Positions 25,115 to 32,000 of a DNA stretch of 32,000 nucleotides are shown in pieces. The position numbers were made by a program, and so were the translations under genes. Within the stretch, counting starts at the first letter, position 1; each line of letters starts with the position of its first letter. The stretch spans positions 750,001 to 782,000 of the forward strand of contig OY760660.1 of the NCBI GenBank assembly GCA_963663995.1. The letters are read 5' to 3'. The stretch comes from Erysipelotrichaceae bacterium (GTDB lineage: Bacteria > Bacillota_I > Bacilli_A > Erysipelotrichales > Erysipelotrichaceae). A model generated the notes under the pieces. It did not search any database and was not told where the DNA came from. It saw only the letters and a list, made by a program, of their open reading frames with translations.

Positions 25115-25699
25115 TTATTTAATTGCGTATCGACCTTTGTATAATTCTTTTGCTTGTTCAGTATGAAATTGAATAAAACTTTTTTTAGCTTGAGTATATT
25201 GATCACGGTTAAATTTATAGCGAGGCGCTAAATCAATTTTCAAGGCTTCATACTCTAAGACAACTTTGGGGTGTTGAACTAAGTAGTCTCGAAAGTAGAG
25301 TTCATGCCAATCATTGAGCTGTCTTAAATGCAAATGAAAAACTTTCTCTTCAAATCCATCTTCTCCATAACCTTTATTTAAAACAAAACTTGTCTGTTCG
25401 CCTTTTTCTTCATGCATAATATGCCAACCATTTTGACTTAAACACTTAGCAACTTCACTTAAATCATCTTTAACACTACATTCACAAAGAATATCTACAC
25501 AAGGTTTAGATAAACAATGAGGTATAGCCGTACTCCCTATATGATTAATACGTTCTATAGAATAGTTCTTTAATAGCCTTTCAATCGATTTCTTTTCTTC
25601 TTTATACCAAAAAGGATATTCAGCATTATAGGGTTTTAAAACAATTGGAAATAATTGCCACAATTCATCAAGTGACATCTCATCTAAAGATTTTTTCAT
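25115..25699 (-). CDS. GrpB family protein (nucleotidyltransferase-fold, UPF0157)
   Basis: HIGSTAIP motif, D..C/V acidic pair, HLHLR and FRDYL motifs typical of GrpB. The start at 25699 forms an ATGA overlap with the flavodoxin stop. Confidence 0.7.
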   Translation of the reverse strand: MKKSLDEMSLDELWQLFPIVLKPYNAEYPFWYKEEKKSIERLLKNYSIERINHIGSTAIPHCLSKPCVDILCECSVKDDLSEVAKCLSQNGWHIMHEEKGEQTSFVLNKGYGEDGFEEKVFHLHLRQLNDWHELYFRDYLVQHPKVVLEYEALKIDLAPRYKFNRDQYTQAKKSFIQFHTEQAKELYKGRYAIK

Positions 25700-26172
25700 A
25701 AGACAAAACGATGCACCCAATGTTGGCTTTCCATTAAGGAGTCCATTTGATGTTGTTGAACATTCGCAAAACCATGAATCGAAAACAAACGATTATTCTT
25801 TTCTATCAAAGTTTTAGCATGATCAATGAAATTGTACTCAAAACCTTTATGAGTATAAAACAATGCTACTTCCTTATCTTTAATCTTATCCAAGAGTAAA
25901 GTACGTATTGCTGGCGCAACATTAAACATCCATATAGGTGTACCGACATATATCCGATCATAGCGGTTAAAATCACAATGAAAATCATCTAGTTGAGGTT
26001 TACATTTATGTCGAATTAAATCATATGCTTGAAAATACTGTTTAAACTTAGACGCTTGAATATCATAAACAGGTTTAACACGATATAGATCTGCATTTAA
26101 AGATGATGCAATATTTTCGGCTATAAATTTAGTACTACCTTCAAACGAATAATAGATGACTAATGTTTTCAT
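25696..26172 (-). CDS. Flavodoxin-like protein
   Basis: MKTLVIYYSFEGSTKFIAE FMN-phosphate loop and GTPIW motif. 158 aa. Confidence 0.7.
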   Translation of the reverse strand: MKTLVIYYSFEGSTKFIAENIASSLNADLYRVKPVYDIQASKFKQYFQAYDLIRHKCKPQLDDFHCDFNRYDRIYVGTPIWMFNVAPAIRTLLLDKIKDKEVALFYTHKGFEYNFIDHAKTLIEKNNRLFSIHGFANVQQHQMDSLMESQHWVHRFVL

Positions 26173-26714
26173 ACACTCAACTCCTTTTTAAATTCGCTTA
26201 AACTCTCTTCACACCAACTGACATAAGCATCGTTAACTTTAATCCCAAAATCCAAAATACGAATAAGTTCTAAATCATTGATATTTGGCTTCTTACGAGC
26301 ACTTAGAGATTCTTTCATTAAATGAAGTTGTCTTAAATCAGCACTATGGTTTTCTTTAAAATGTTCAAGATAATCAATTAATGATGACTTAGAACCATGT
26401 TTTGAAAAGTATGTTTTAAGCAATATTTCTAATCTTACACTTTCCTTTTCAGGTTCTATCTCTAACCACTCAGCAAGGCTATCACGCCCCTTATTTGTAA
26501 TCGCATATAAAGTGTTTTTCCGTGACTTTAATTTTTTTGAATCAATCTTTATATATTTTTCGTTTAGTAATGTTTTAAGCTCTGGATAAATCTGCCCATA
26601 GGACTCATTCCAAAAAGCCTTAAAGTTTTCATCTATATGTTTCTTTAAGTCATAACCCGTTTGTGACTTCTGTGCTAAAAGTCCTAATAAAACATAACGT
26701 GTCTTTGTTCTCAT
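26169..26714 (-). CDS. PadR-family transcriptional regulator with a C-terminal extension (PadR-1 type)
   Basis: RYVLLGLLAQKSQTGYDLKKHI...SYGQIYPELKTLLNEKYI winged helix plus a C-terminal helical domain. I chose the start at 26714 (MRTKTRY...). Confidence 0.8.
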   Translation of the reverse strand: MRTKTRYVLLGLLAQKSQTGYDLKKHIDENFKAFWNESYGQIYPELKTLLNEKYIKIDSKKLKSRKNTLYAITNKGRDSLAEWLEIEPEKESVRLEILLKTYFSKHGSKSSLIDYLEHFKENHSADLRQLHLMKESLSARKKPNINDLELIRILDFGIKVNDAYVSWCEESLSEFKKELSV

Positions 26715-26731
26715 ATATCTATTAGATATAT
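26713..26731 (-). promoter_or_regulatory. Perfect 9-1-9 palindrome ATATATCTA-T-TAGATATAT abutting the padR start codon
   Basis: Read directly from the sequence. It overlaps the AT of the ATG (26712-26714) and a TCTAAT hexamer 6 nt upstream of the ATG. TGTCATAAT lies further upstream. Confidence 0.45.
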
Positions 26732-26759
26732 TATGACATAAGAATAAAAATGTGCACAT

Positions 26760-26784
26760 AAAAAAACTAACGATTTCTCGCTAG
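26760..26784 (-). terminator. Rho-independent terminator after the DUF1232 gene
   Basis: Minus strand reads CUAGCGA-GAAA-UCGUUAG (7 bp including one G-U, GNRA loop) followed by U7. It overlaps the TAG stop. Confidence 0.5.
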
Positions 26785-27146
26785 TTCATTAACATCGTCA
26801 TGATAACTAAGATTAAAACAGCCCAAATCAAAATCACTGGAATGGCGTAAAGCCACTTCTTATTCGCTCTCAAATTACTTTCTTTTGCTTGAGTTTTGCA
26901 TTCTTCTAATATTTCATCTGGAATCATCATAACTGTTAAATAGATTAAAACAGGAACAATGATCAAATCATCTAACAAACCAATAAAAGGAATAAAATCT
27001 GGAATAAGATCAATTGGCGACAAAGCATAACCAATCGCTAAAGCAGCCAGCATCTTGGCAATAATTGGAGTTTCTTTTTTACTTAAAGCAATGATTAATA
27101 CAGGGATAAAATCGATTAATTTATCTGCTTTTTCTCTTAAATTCAT
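26781..27146 (-). CDS. DUF1232 (YkvA-like) membrane protein
   Basis: YALSPIDLIPDFIPFIGLLDDLIIVP signature. 121 aa. Confidence 0.75.
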   Translation of the reverse strand: MNLREKADKLIDFIPVLIIALSKKETPIIAKMLAALAIGYALSPIDLIPDFIPFIGLLDDLIIVPVLIYLTVMMIPDEILEECKTQAKESNLRANKKWLYAIPVILIWAVLILVIMTMLMN

Positions 27147-28387
27147 TTTGTTCTCCTCAATTTAAGACTAAAACTAATAAGAAGGACTGAGACGGCTAAA
27201 CCATAAAACAAGAAAGAAATACCGATGTGCTCTGCAATATATCCAAAAATAGGCGCAAACACAATCATCAACATGGCGGTCATCTGCGACTCAATTGATA
27301 AGACCGTAACACGTTGTTCTTTTTTCATATAATCATCTAAAACATCAACAAAGAGTGGTCTTCTCGCATCTTTCATTAAATAAAGTAATAAATAGATAAA
27401 CATCGTTAATAGAGCGATATTCATTTGTACACTTATGCCTAAGATGATAAAACTTACACCTAAGAAGAAAAAGAGATTTTCATATAGATGAATAGCTTCT
27501 TGATTTTTAATGAGCTTAAACACATTACGTGATGCTAGTGAACTAAAGATATAAAACAATCCATACAATAAACCTAGATATATTTTCAAACTATCGTCTG
27601 TATTAAAATTCAAAAGTGTTGTCATCGATGCCGACACGAGTAATAAGGCAAAGATTGCTTGAATGTAGTCTTTAATCGTTTTAAATATTGCATCATAGAT
27701 TGAACTACTCATGACAATCTTAACAATATTTATATCCTTGATAATGCTTTTAATTTGGTCAAAACCAAAATTGAATATATTTTGATGTTGTCCTAAACTT
27801 TGCTTCTCATTCAATCGTTTCGGATAGGATGCGACTAAAATAAAATCAATAAGATAAGGAACAATCGATAAGATAAAAATCCATTTCATTAAAGGTAAAT
27901 TTAAAATAAACAAGATAGAAAGAAAAGCTGAGAATGAAGAACCAATTAGTGAATATGACCGTGTATGTCCATAGATAAGTGTTTTGTGTGCTTGCCATCC
28001 TTTTTCTTCTACATAAGATAAAATCATTGCTTTATGATTGCCTGATCTAAAGGCTTCACCTAAACCAAAGAAGATCATCGCAAGTGCTAAAACTAAGAAA
28101 TTATACGCCCAAAAATAAAAGACAAATGAAATCATATAAAATACAAAGCTTAATAATAGTGTATTTCTCTTTCCAAAGATATCGGCTACAATTGCTGATG
28201 GCACTTCAAATAAATAGGTAAATGTTGCGCGAATCGACCATAAGATACCCATATAAAACAAATCAATATTTAAAGAATAGAGATAAATTAAAAGATAAGG
28301 TTCAAAAAACTTCAAATTCTTAAAAAAACCATAGAAACTGAATTTTAGAATGAGTTTATCTTTTTTAATGAGTTCTTGAATATCCAC
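27143..28387 (-). CDS. MFS transporter
   Basis: 414 aa, about 12 TM segments, N-terminal FYGFFKNLKFFEPYLLIYL and D.FGKR loop. Apparent GTG start. Confidence 0.7.
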   Translation of the reverse strand: MDIQELIKKDKLILKFSFYGFFKNLKFFEPYLLIYLYSLNIDLFYMGILWSIRATFTYLFEVPSAIVADIFGKRNTLLLSFVFYMISFVFYFWAYNFLVLALAMIFFGLGEAFRSGNHKAMILSYVEEKGWQAHKTLIYGHTRSYSLIGSSFSAFLSILFILNLPLMKWIFILSIVPYLIDFILVASYPKRLNEKQSLGQHQNIFNFGFDQIKSIIKDINIVKIVMSSSIYDAIFKTIKDYIQAIFALLLVSASMTTLLNFNTDDSLKIYLGLLYGLFYIFSSLASRNVFKLIKNQEAIHLYENLFFFLGVSFIILGISVQMNIALLTMFIYLLLYLMKDARRPLFVDVLDDYMKKEQRVTVLSIESQMTAMLMIVFAPIFGYIAEHIGISFLFYGLAVSVLLISFSLKLRRTK

Positions 28388-28408
28388 CTCTTCATTATAC
28401 CTAATTTA

Positions 28409-28429
28409 AAAGAGTGCTTATCACTCTTT
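28409..28429 (-). terminator. Weak hairpin / possible attenuating terminator between the small helical gene and the MFS gene
   Basis: AAAGAGUG-AUAAG-CACUCUUU followed by UAAAUU (interrupted U-tract). It contains the TGA stop of the upstream gene. Confidence 0.3.
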
Positions 28430-28756
28430 AGCTAATTCATTGTTAATCAAATCAACACAATACTCTACAAGTAAAATATTTCTTTGAAGTCGTTTATAAA
28501 TATTTGTATCAGTCTGATGTTTTTCTTGCGCTTTTAAGTTCTTTCTTAAGATAGATTTCATCGGCTCATAAGCTTTTCTCAATTCTTCATTTGAAAAATG
28601 ATTTGAACCAAACATTAATGCTTTTGAAAGATTTAGGGCAAATAAGCGATTTTTGATTAAACTTGCTTGCGAACTACCCTCTTTAAATTTTGGTGCTTGA
28701 GCTTCAACATTATGGATAAGCGCATCAAGCTGTTTGATCATATTGTCTTTATCCAT
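28421..28756 (-). CDS. Hypothetical all-helical cytoplasmic protein
   Basis: 111 aa from the ATG at 28756, which overlaps the cyclase stop by 8 nt. No motif I recognise. Coding status is supported by operon context and its length. Confidence 0.4.
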   Translation of the reverse strand: MDKDNMIKQLDALIHNVEAQAPKFKEGSSQASLIKNRLFALNLSKALMFGSNHFSNEELRKAYEPMKSILRKNLKAQEKHQTDTNIYKRLQRNILLVEYCVDLINNELAKE

Positions 28757-29306
28757 CAATTTCAGCGATGACACGGGTGGGTAAACCTGTCCAATCTTCA
28801 AAATTAATGGGATAAGTATTGATTACACAGACCTTATCAACACAGCTTTTTAGATGTACTAAGTTTTCAACTACAAACACGCCTTGATCAGCACACTTTT
28901 GATCACAGGGTGTGTGTTGAACACCTCTTCTTAGCCCTGCCGCGTCAATTCCAATAATAGACACTTTTTTAGCCAATAGAAAATCAATTAATGAATCAGC
29001 TAACTGTGGATGTTGGGTAAAGTAATCAACTGTTCCATATTCAACTTCTTCTATAAAACCTGTATAAAAAGCCACAAATTGATGAGCCTTAACTTTACTT
29101 GCATCAATGTCACTTAAAACAATATCTCTATTTCTTATATGTGAGACATCAAAAACAAGACCTTCCCGCTTTGTAAATTCAAGAGGAAAGATTTGATTCA
29201 TCACATCAAAGTGCGTTCCTAAATGACCACTTAACGCTTTGCTTTCATTGCCTTGAGCATCTGTTCGCATCGCTTTTGTGACTTTAAGACTGCAATCAAT
29301 CAACAT
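28749..29306 (-). CDS. Putative cyclase family protein (kynurenine formamidase-like fold)
   Basis: GHLGTHFDVMNQ matches the HxGTHxD motif of PF04199-type cyclases. 185 aa. SD AAAGGAG. Confidence 0.65.
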   Translation of the reverse strand: MLIDCSLKVTKAMRTDAQGNESKALSGHLGTHFDVMNQIFPLEFTKREGLVFDVSHIRNRDIVLSDIDASKVKAHQFVAFYTGFIEEVEYGTVDYFTQHPQLADSLIDFLLAKKVSIIGIDAAGLRRGVQHTPCDQKCADQGVFVVENLVHLKSCVDKVCVINTYPINFEDWTGLPTRVIAEIDG

Positions 29307-29347
29307 AAGATCTACTCCTTTATTTACTATAGTTTAAGGCAGAAATA

Positions 29348-30232
29348 TTAAAAATCAAAGGAACCAAACTTTCCTTCTTGATAATCAATATAAGCCTGAC
29401 GAAGTTCTTTTTCAGTATTCATCACAAATGGACCACCTGCCGCAACCGGTTCATTAAGTGGTTCACCACTTAGCACAAATATTTCAGCATCTTCCAAGGC
29501 ATACATTTCAACAAGTCCTGCTTCATTCTTAAATAAGGCAAAATCATTTGTTGATAGTTTAATCTCTTCGTTAACTTCAAGTTTGCCACTGATGATTAAA
29601 AAACCTAAATTAAAGTTTTCTTTTTCACTTAAATCAATACGATGTCCTGCTTTCAAATCAATTTTATAGATATTGATTGGACTAAACGTACGAGCAATCC
29701 CTTTATGATTAAATGCTTCACCAGCATAAAGAATGATATTAGCTTCACTTTTTTCTTCAACAAAATGAGTGAGTTCTGCTTTCTTTAAGGCTTGATAATT
29801 GGGTTTAGTCATTTTATGTTTTGCAGGTAAGTTAACCCATAATTGGATCATATGAAAAACACGGTCATGTTTTGCCCATTCTTTCTCATGAAACTCCTTA
29901 TGTAATACACCAGATCCTGCTGTCATCCATTGAATGTCGCCTTCTTCAATGATGCCTGAATGACCATGATTATCCCCATGTTCAACTTTACCTTTAAAGG
30001 CAAAAGTAACTGTTTCAAATCCACGATGTGGATGAGCATCTACACCTACTTCTTGACTTGTTCCCTTAAATGTTGAAAGAACATTATAATCCATCAAAAT
30101 AAAGGGTGAAAAACGCTCCATAAAAGCAGATCCAAAATTGCCTGGAAAGTAGTGATTGACATGAAAACCATTCCCAACCCAATGACTTTGAGGGTTTTGA
30201 ATGAGTCTTTCAATTGTACGATATTGTTTCAT
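29348..30232 (-). CDS. Pirin family protein
   Basis: Cupin motif HPHRGFETVT...G.........W. 294 aa from the ATG at 30232, which has GGAG 9 nt upstream. The ORF-track start at 30247 lacks an SD. Confidence 0.85.
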   Translation of the reverse strand: MKQYRTIERLIQNPQSHWVGNGFHVNHYFPGNFGSAFMERFSPFILMDYNVLSTFKGTSQEVGVDAHPHRGFETVTFAFKGKVEHGDNHGHSGIIEEGDIQWMTAGSGVLHKEFHEKEWAKHDRVFHMIQLWVNLPAKHKMTKPNYQALKKAELTHFVEEKSEANIILYAGEAFNHKGIARTFSPINIYKIDLKAGHRIDLSEKENFNLGFLIISGKLEVNEEIKLSTNDFALFKNEAGLVEMYALEDAEIFVLSGEPLNEPVAAGGPFVMNTEKELRQAYIDYQEGKFGSFDF

Positions 30233-30314
30233 TTTATTTAACTCCATAAGACAGTCGTCTATAAACTAAGTTTAATAAAAGAAATAATGAAAACCTAATC
30301 ATATGCTCATATAC

Positions 30315-30341
30315 AAAAAAAGCTCAATATAAATTGAGCTT
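30315..30341 (-). terminator. Rho-independent terminator after rubrerythrin
   Basis: Minus strand reads AAGCUCAAU-UUAU-AUUGAGCUU followed by a U6 tract. Confidence 0.7.
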
Positions 30342-30347
30342 AAGTGA

Positions 30348-30839
30348 TTAAACCTTGATGAATTTGTCGCCAGCAAGATTACAGATATCACATTTTTCAG
30401 GACGTGATTTTTCAATCTTACCGCAAACTGGGCAGTAGTAGTAGAATACTTCTTCTGTTTCGTCTAAGTTTGCAAGTGCATCTTTGTACATTTCAGCATG
30501 GCTAACTTCTGCAAGTTTTGCCCATCTAAATGCAACTTCAGCAGCTTTGTTTCCTTCATTTTTAGCGATTTCTTCAAATTCAGGATACATTTCACTGAAC
30601 TCATAAGTTTCGCCTTCAATACCTGTTTGTAGGTTTTCAGCCGTTGTTTTAATATGTCCAGCTACTTCAAATTCTTTTAAAGCGTGAAGAGTTTCAGCTT
30701 CTGCAGCTAATTTGAACAATTTTGCAGCATTCTTATATCCTTCAGCTTCAGCTTTACGTGCGAAAGCAGTATACTTGCGATTTGCTTGTGATTCACCAGC
30801 AAATGCAGCCATTAAGCATTCATATGTTGTTTTACTCAT
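30348..30839 (-). CDS. rbr: Rubrerythrin
   Basis: Diiron four-helix motifs (GESQANRKY, EAETLHA, EGETYE, EVSHAEMY) plus a C-terminal rubredoxin-like CPVCG...CDIC. The start at 30839 has AGGAGG upstream. Confidence 0.9.
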   Translation of the reverse strand: MSKTTYECLMAAFAGESQANRKYTAFARKAEAEGYKNAAKLFKLAAEAETLHALKEFEVAGHIKTTAENLQTGIEGETYEFSEMYPEFEEIAKNEGNKAAEVAFRWAKLAEVSHAEMYKDALANLDETEEVFYYYCPVCGKIEKSRPEKCDICNLAGDKFIKV

Positions 30840-30853
30840 TTTTAATAAGCCTC

Positions 30854-30868
30854 CTGTAATCATTATAA
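30854..30868 (-). promoter_or_regulatory. PerR/Fur-type 7-1-7 box TTATAATGATTACAG overlapping the rubrerythrin -10
   Basis: The minus-strand sequence differs from TTATAATNATTATAA at two positions of the right half. The left half contains a TATAAT -10. It lies directly upstream of the SD. Confidence 0.4.
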
Positions 30869-31023
30869 AGTTTAATTTGATAATTTTCGACACAATTTTT
30901 GTAAAGATATAGATTTTCTTAATGTTTTTTATACTTGTTCACTAACTCACAATTTTATTTAACTATTAGATATAAAAAATTGACTTAACCAATTTTATTT
31001 CTAACATCATTAAATAACAGTAT

Positions 31024-31048
31024 AAAAAAGACGGTAGGTTCTACCGTC
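31024..31048 (-). terminator. Rho-independent terminator after the GGDEF gene
   Basis: Minus strand reads GACGGUAG-AAC-CUACCGUC followed by UUUUUUAUA. The hairpin includes the TAG stop. Confidence 0.7.
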
Positions 31049-32000
31049 TAATTTTCAATTAGGATAACTTTATTTCGACCAGCATGCTTAGCATCATATA
31101 AGGCTTTATCTGCTCTTTTGAGACTAGCATCCAAATCATTAGTAGATTTAAGTTGAGTTAAACCAATACTAATCGTTTGTGTACCTACTTTTTCAAGTGG
31201 ATTCATTTCGATATTATATCGAATCTTTTCACAGACTTCATGAGATCCATTTAGTCCACTATCTTTAAAGACAATCACAAATTCTTCACCACCGACTCGA
31301 ACAATTGTGTCCGTATTACGTATGGTGTCTTTGATAATCTTAATTGTATGTTTGAGCAGTTCATCACCGACAACGTGTCCAAATGTATCATTGACGACTT
31401 TGAAGTGATCTAAGTCTAACATAGCAATACAATAACGATCACCTCGATGTACTTTGAATTCTTGTAGGAAACGTCGGTTATAAACACCAGTTAATGGATC
31501 TCTCGAACTAACTTCTTTAAGTTCTTCGAAATCTGATTCTTTTTGACTCAAGTCAATTTGAAGTTTTAGATTCTTATCTTTTTGTTCAATGAGTTCGGTA
31601 ATATCAGAATTCGTTCCGATGATGCGGATTGGATTATTATTAGGGTCTGTGATTAGACCACCACGAATGGCATTCCAAATATATTTACCAGACTTGGTTT
31701 TAACACGAACTTCAAGTTTAACATTCTTTTGAAGACCTTCAACCATATCATTAATCATATCTTCAAGTTTTTGTCGATCTTTAGGATGAACAATATCAAT
31801 CCAAGCTTCTAAACTAGCAATTAATTCATCATTGCGATAACCAATGATTTCTTTCATCTTATTACTAAAGTAAACTTCACCAGTTCTTACATCATAATCC
31901 CAAAGACCAGTTTCAGCCCCTTCTAAAGCAAGGTTAAAACGTTCTTCGCTACGGACTAAAGCTTTTGTCGCATCAGAGAGTTTTTGACCCATCTTCATAA
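31048..32000 (-). CDS. PAS-domain diguanylate cyclase (GGDEF), probably truncated at its 5' end by the window edge
   Basis: PAS (ERFNLALEGAETGLWDYD...), coiled linker, GGDEF domain with an intact GGEEF and an RNTD I-site 5 residues upstream. The ATG at 31996-31998 may be internal. Confidence 0.85.
   Translation of the reverse strand, partial: MKMGQKLSDATKALVRSEERFNLALEGAETGLWDYDVRTGEVYFSNKMKEIIGYRNDELIASLEAWIDIVHPKDRQKLEDMINDMVEGLQKNVKLEVRVKTKSGKYIWNAIRGGLITDPNNNPIRIIGTNSDITELIEQKDKNLKLQIDLSQKESDFEELKEVSSRDPLTGVYNRRFLQEFKVHRGDRYCIAMLDLDHFKVVNDTFGHVVGDELLKHTIKIIKDTIRNTDTIVRVGGEEFVIVFKDSGLNGSHEVCEKIRYNIEMNPLEKVGTQTISIGLTQLKSTNDLDASLKRADKALYDAKHAGRNKVILIEN

Noticed and set aside
316-30912. Fifteen short ORFs from the track that lie antisense to or nested inside longer genes: 316-552, 1094-1438, 2203-2394, 3917-4108, 6465-6659, 7084-7314, 7324-7530, 7348-7746, 8931-9170, 11976-12290, 13080-13274, 18520-18849, 22573-22785, 24698-24883 and 30712-30912.
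   Set aside because: Each overlaps a longer ORF that has clear family motifs. Their translations are low-complexity or rich in rare residues, and they lack SDs and recognisable motifs. They are typical shadow ORFs of AT-rich DNA.
1-32000. Search for CRISPR repeats, tRNA/rRNA genes, IS elements, integrases, toxin-antitoxin pairs and known defence-system signatures.
   Set aside because: I saw no regularly spaced direct repeats, T-loop GGTTCGA-type motifs, transposase or recombinase motifs, or defence-associated domain combinations. Composition looks uniform, with no obvious island boundary. This was an eye scan only, so tRNAscan, Infernal and repeat-finder runs would be more reliable.

Overview
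AT-rich, very densely packed chromosomal segment that looks like a low-GC Bacillota-type organism. It uses the standard code (TGA serves as a stop in several ATGA start/stop overlaps), has classical AGGAG ribosome-binding sites, and carries murB. I can support about 45 protein-coding genes, and all but five lie on the minus strand. The content is mostly housekeeping and accessory metabolism:
- HAD phosphatases, a RumA-type rRNA methyltransferase, a DEDDh exonuclease and mscL.
- An NYN/LOTUS-murB-hflX-ybjQ-cysteine desulfurase-thioredoxin operon, tcdA and queT.
- A znuACB-zur-SDR operon, corA, and an ArsR/ArsP-type permease/thioredoxin-like triad facing an ArsB/NhaD-type permease.
- An alpha/beta hydrolase, a PIG-L deacetylase with two DUF1801 genes, and udp.
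- A PadR-flavodoxin-GrpB operon and a cyclase-MFS-DUF1232 operon.
- Pirin, rubrerythrin, and a PAS-GGDEF protein that runs off the window end.

I see no rRNA, tRNA, CRISPR array, transposase, integrase or phage gene, and no recognisable defence island. I therefore cannot honestly claim a clear new multi-gene system. The signals most worth a second look are organisational:
- Several SD-less genes have a -10 hexamer exactly 6 nt upstream of the start codon, which suggests leaderless mRNAs. In two cases a long palindrome sits on the start codon.
- All five convergent gene junctions share a 4-nt overlapping double stop codon (TTAA four times, CTAA once).
- An ArsR regulator carries an unexplained ~150-aa N-terminal domain.
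- A cysteine desulfurase is translationally coupled to a mini-thioredoxin and an exported thioredoxin/DsbD-like fusion protein.
- An O-antigen-ligase-family gene is broken into three reading frames.

All functional calls come from motif recognition by eye. No database search was run.
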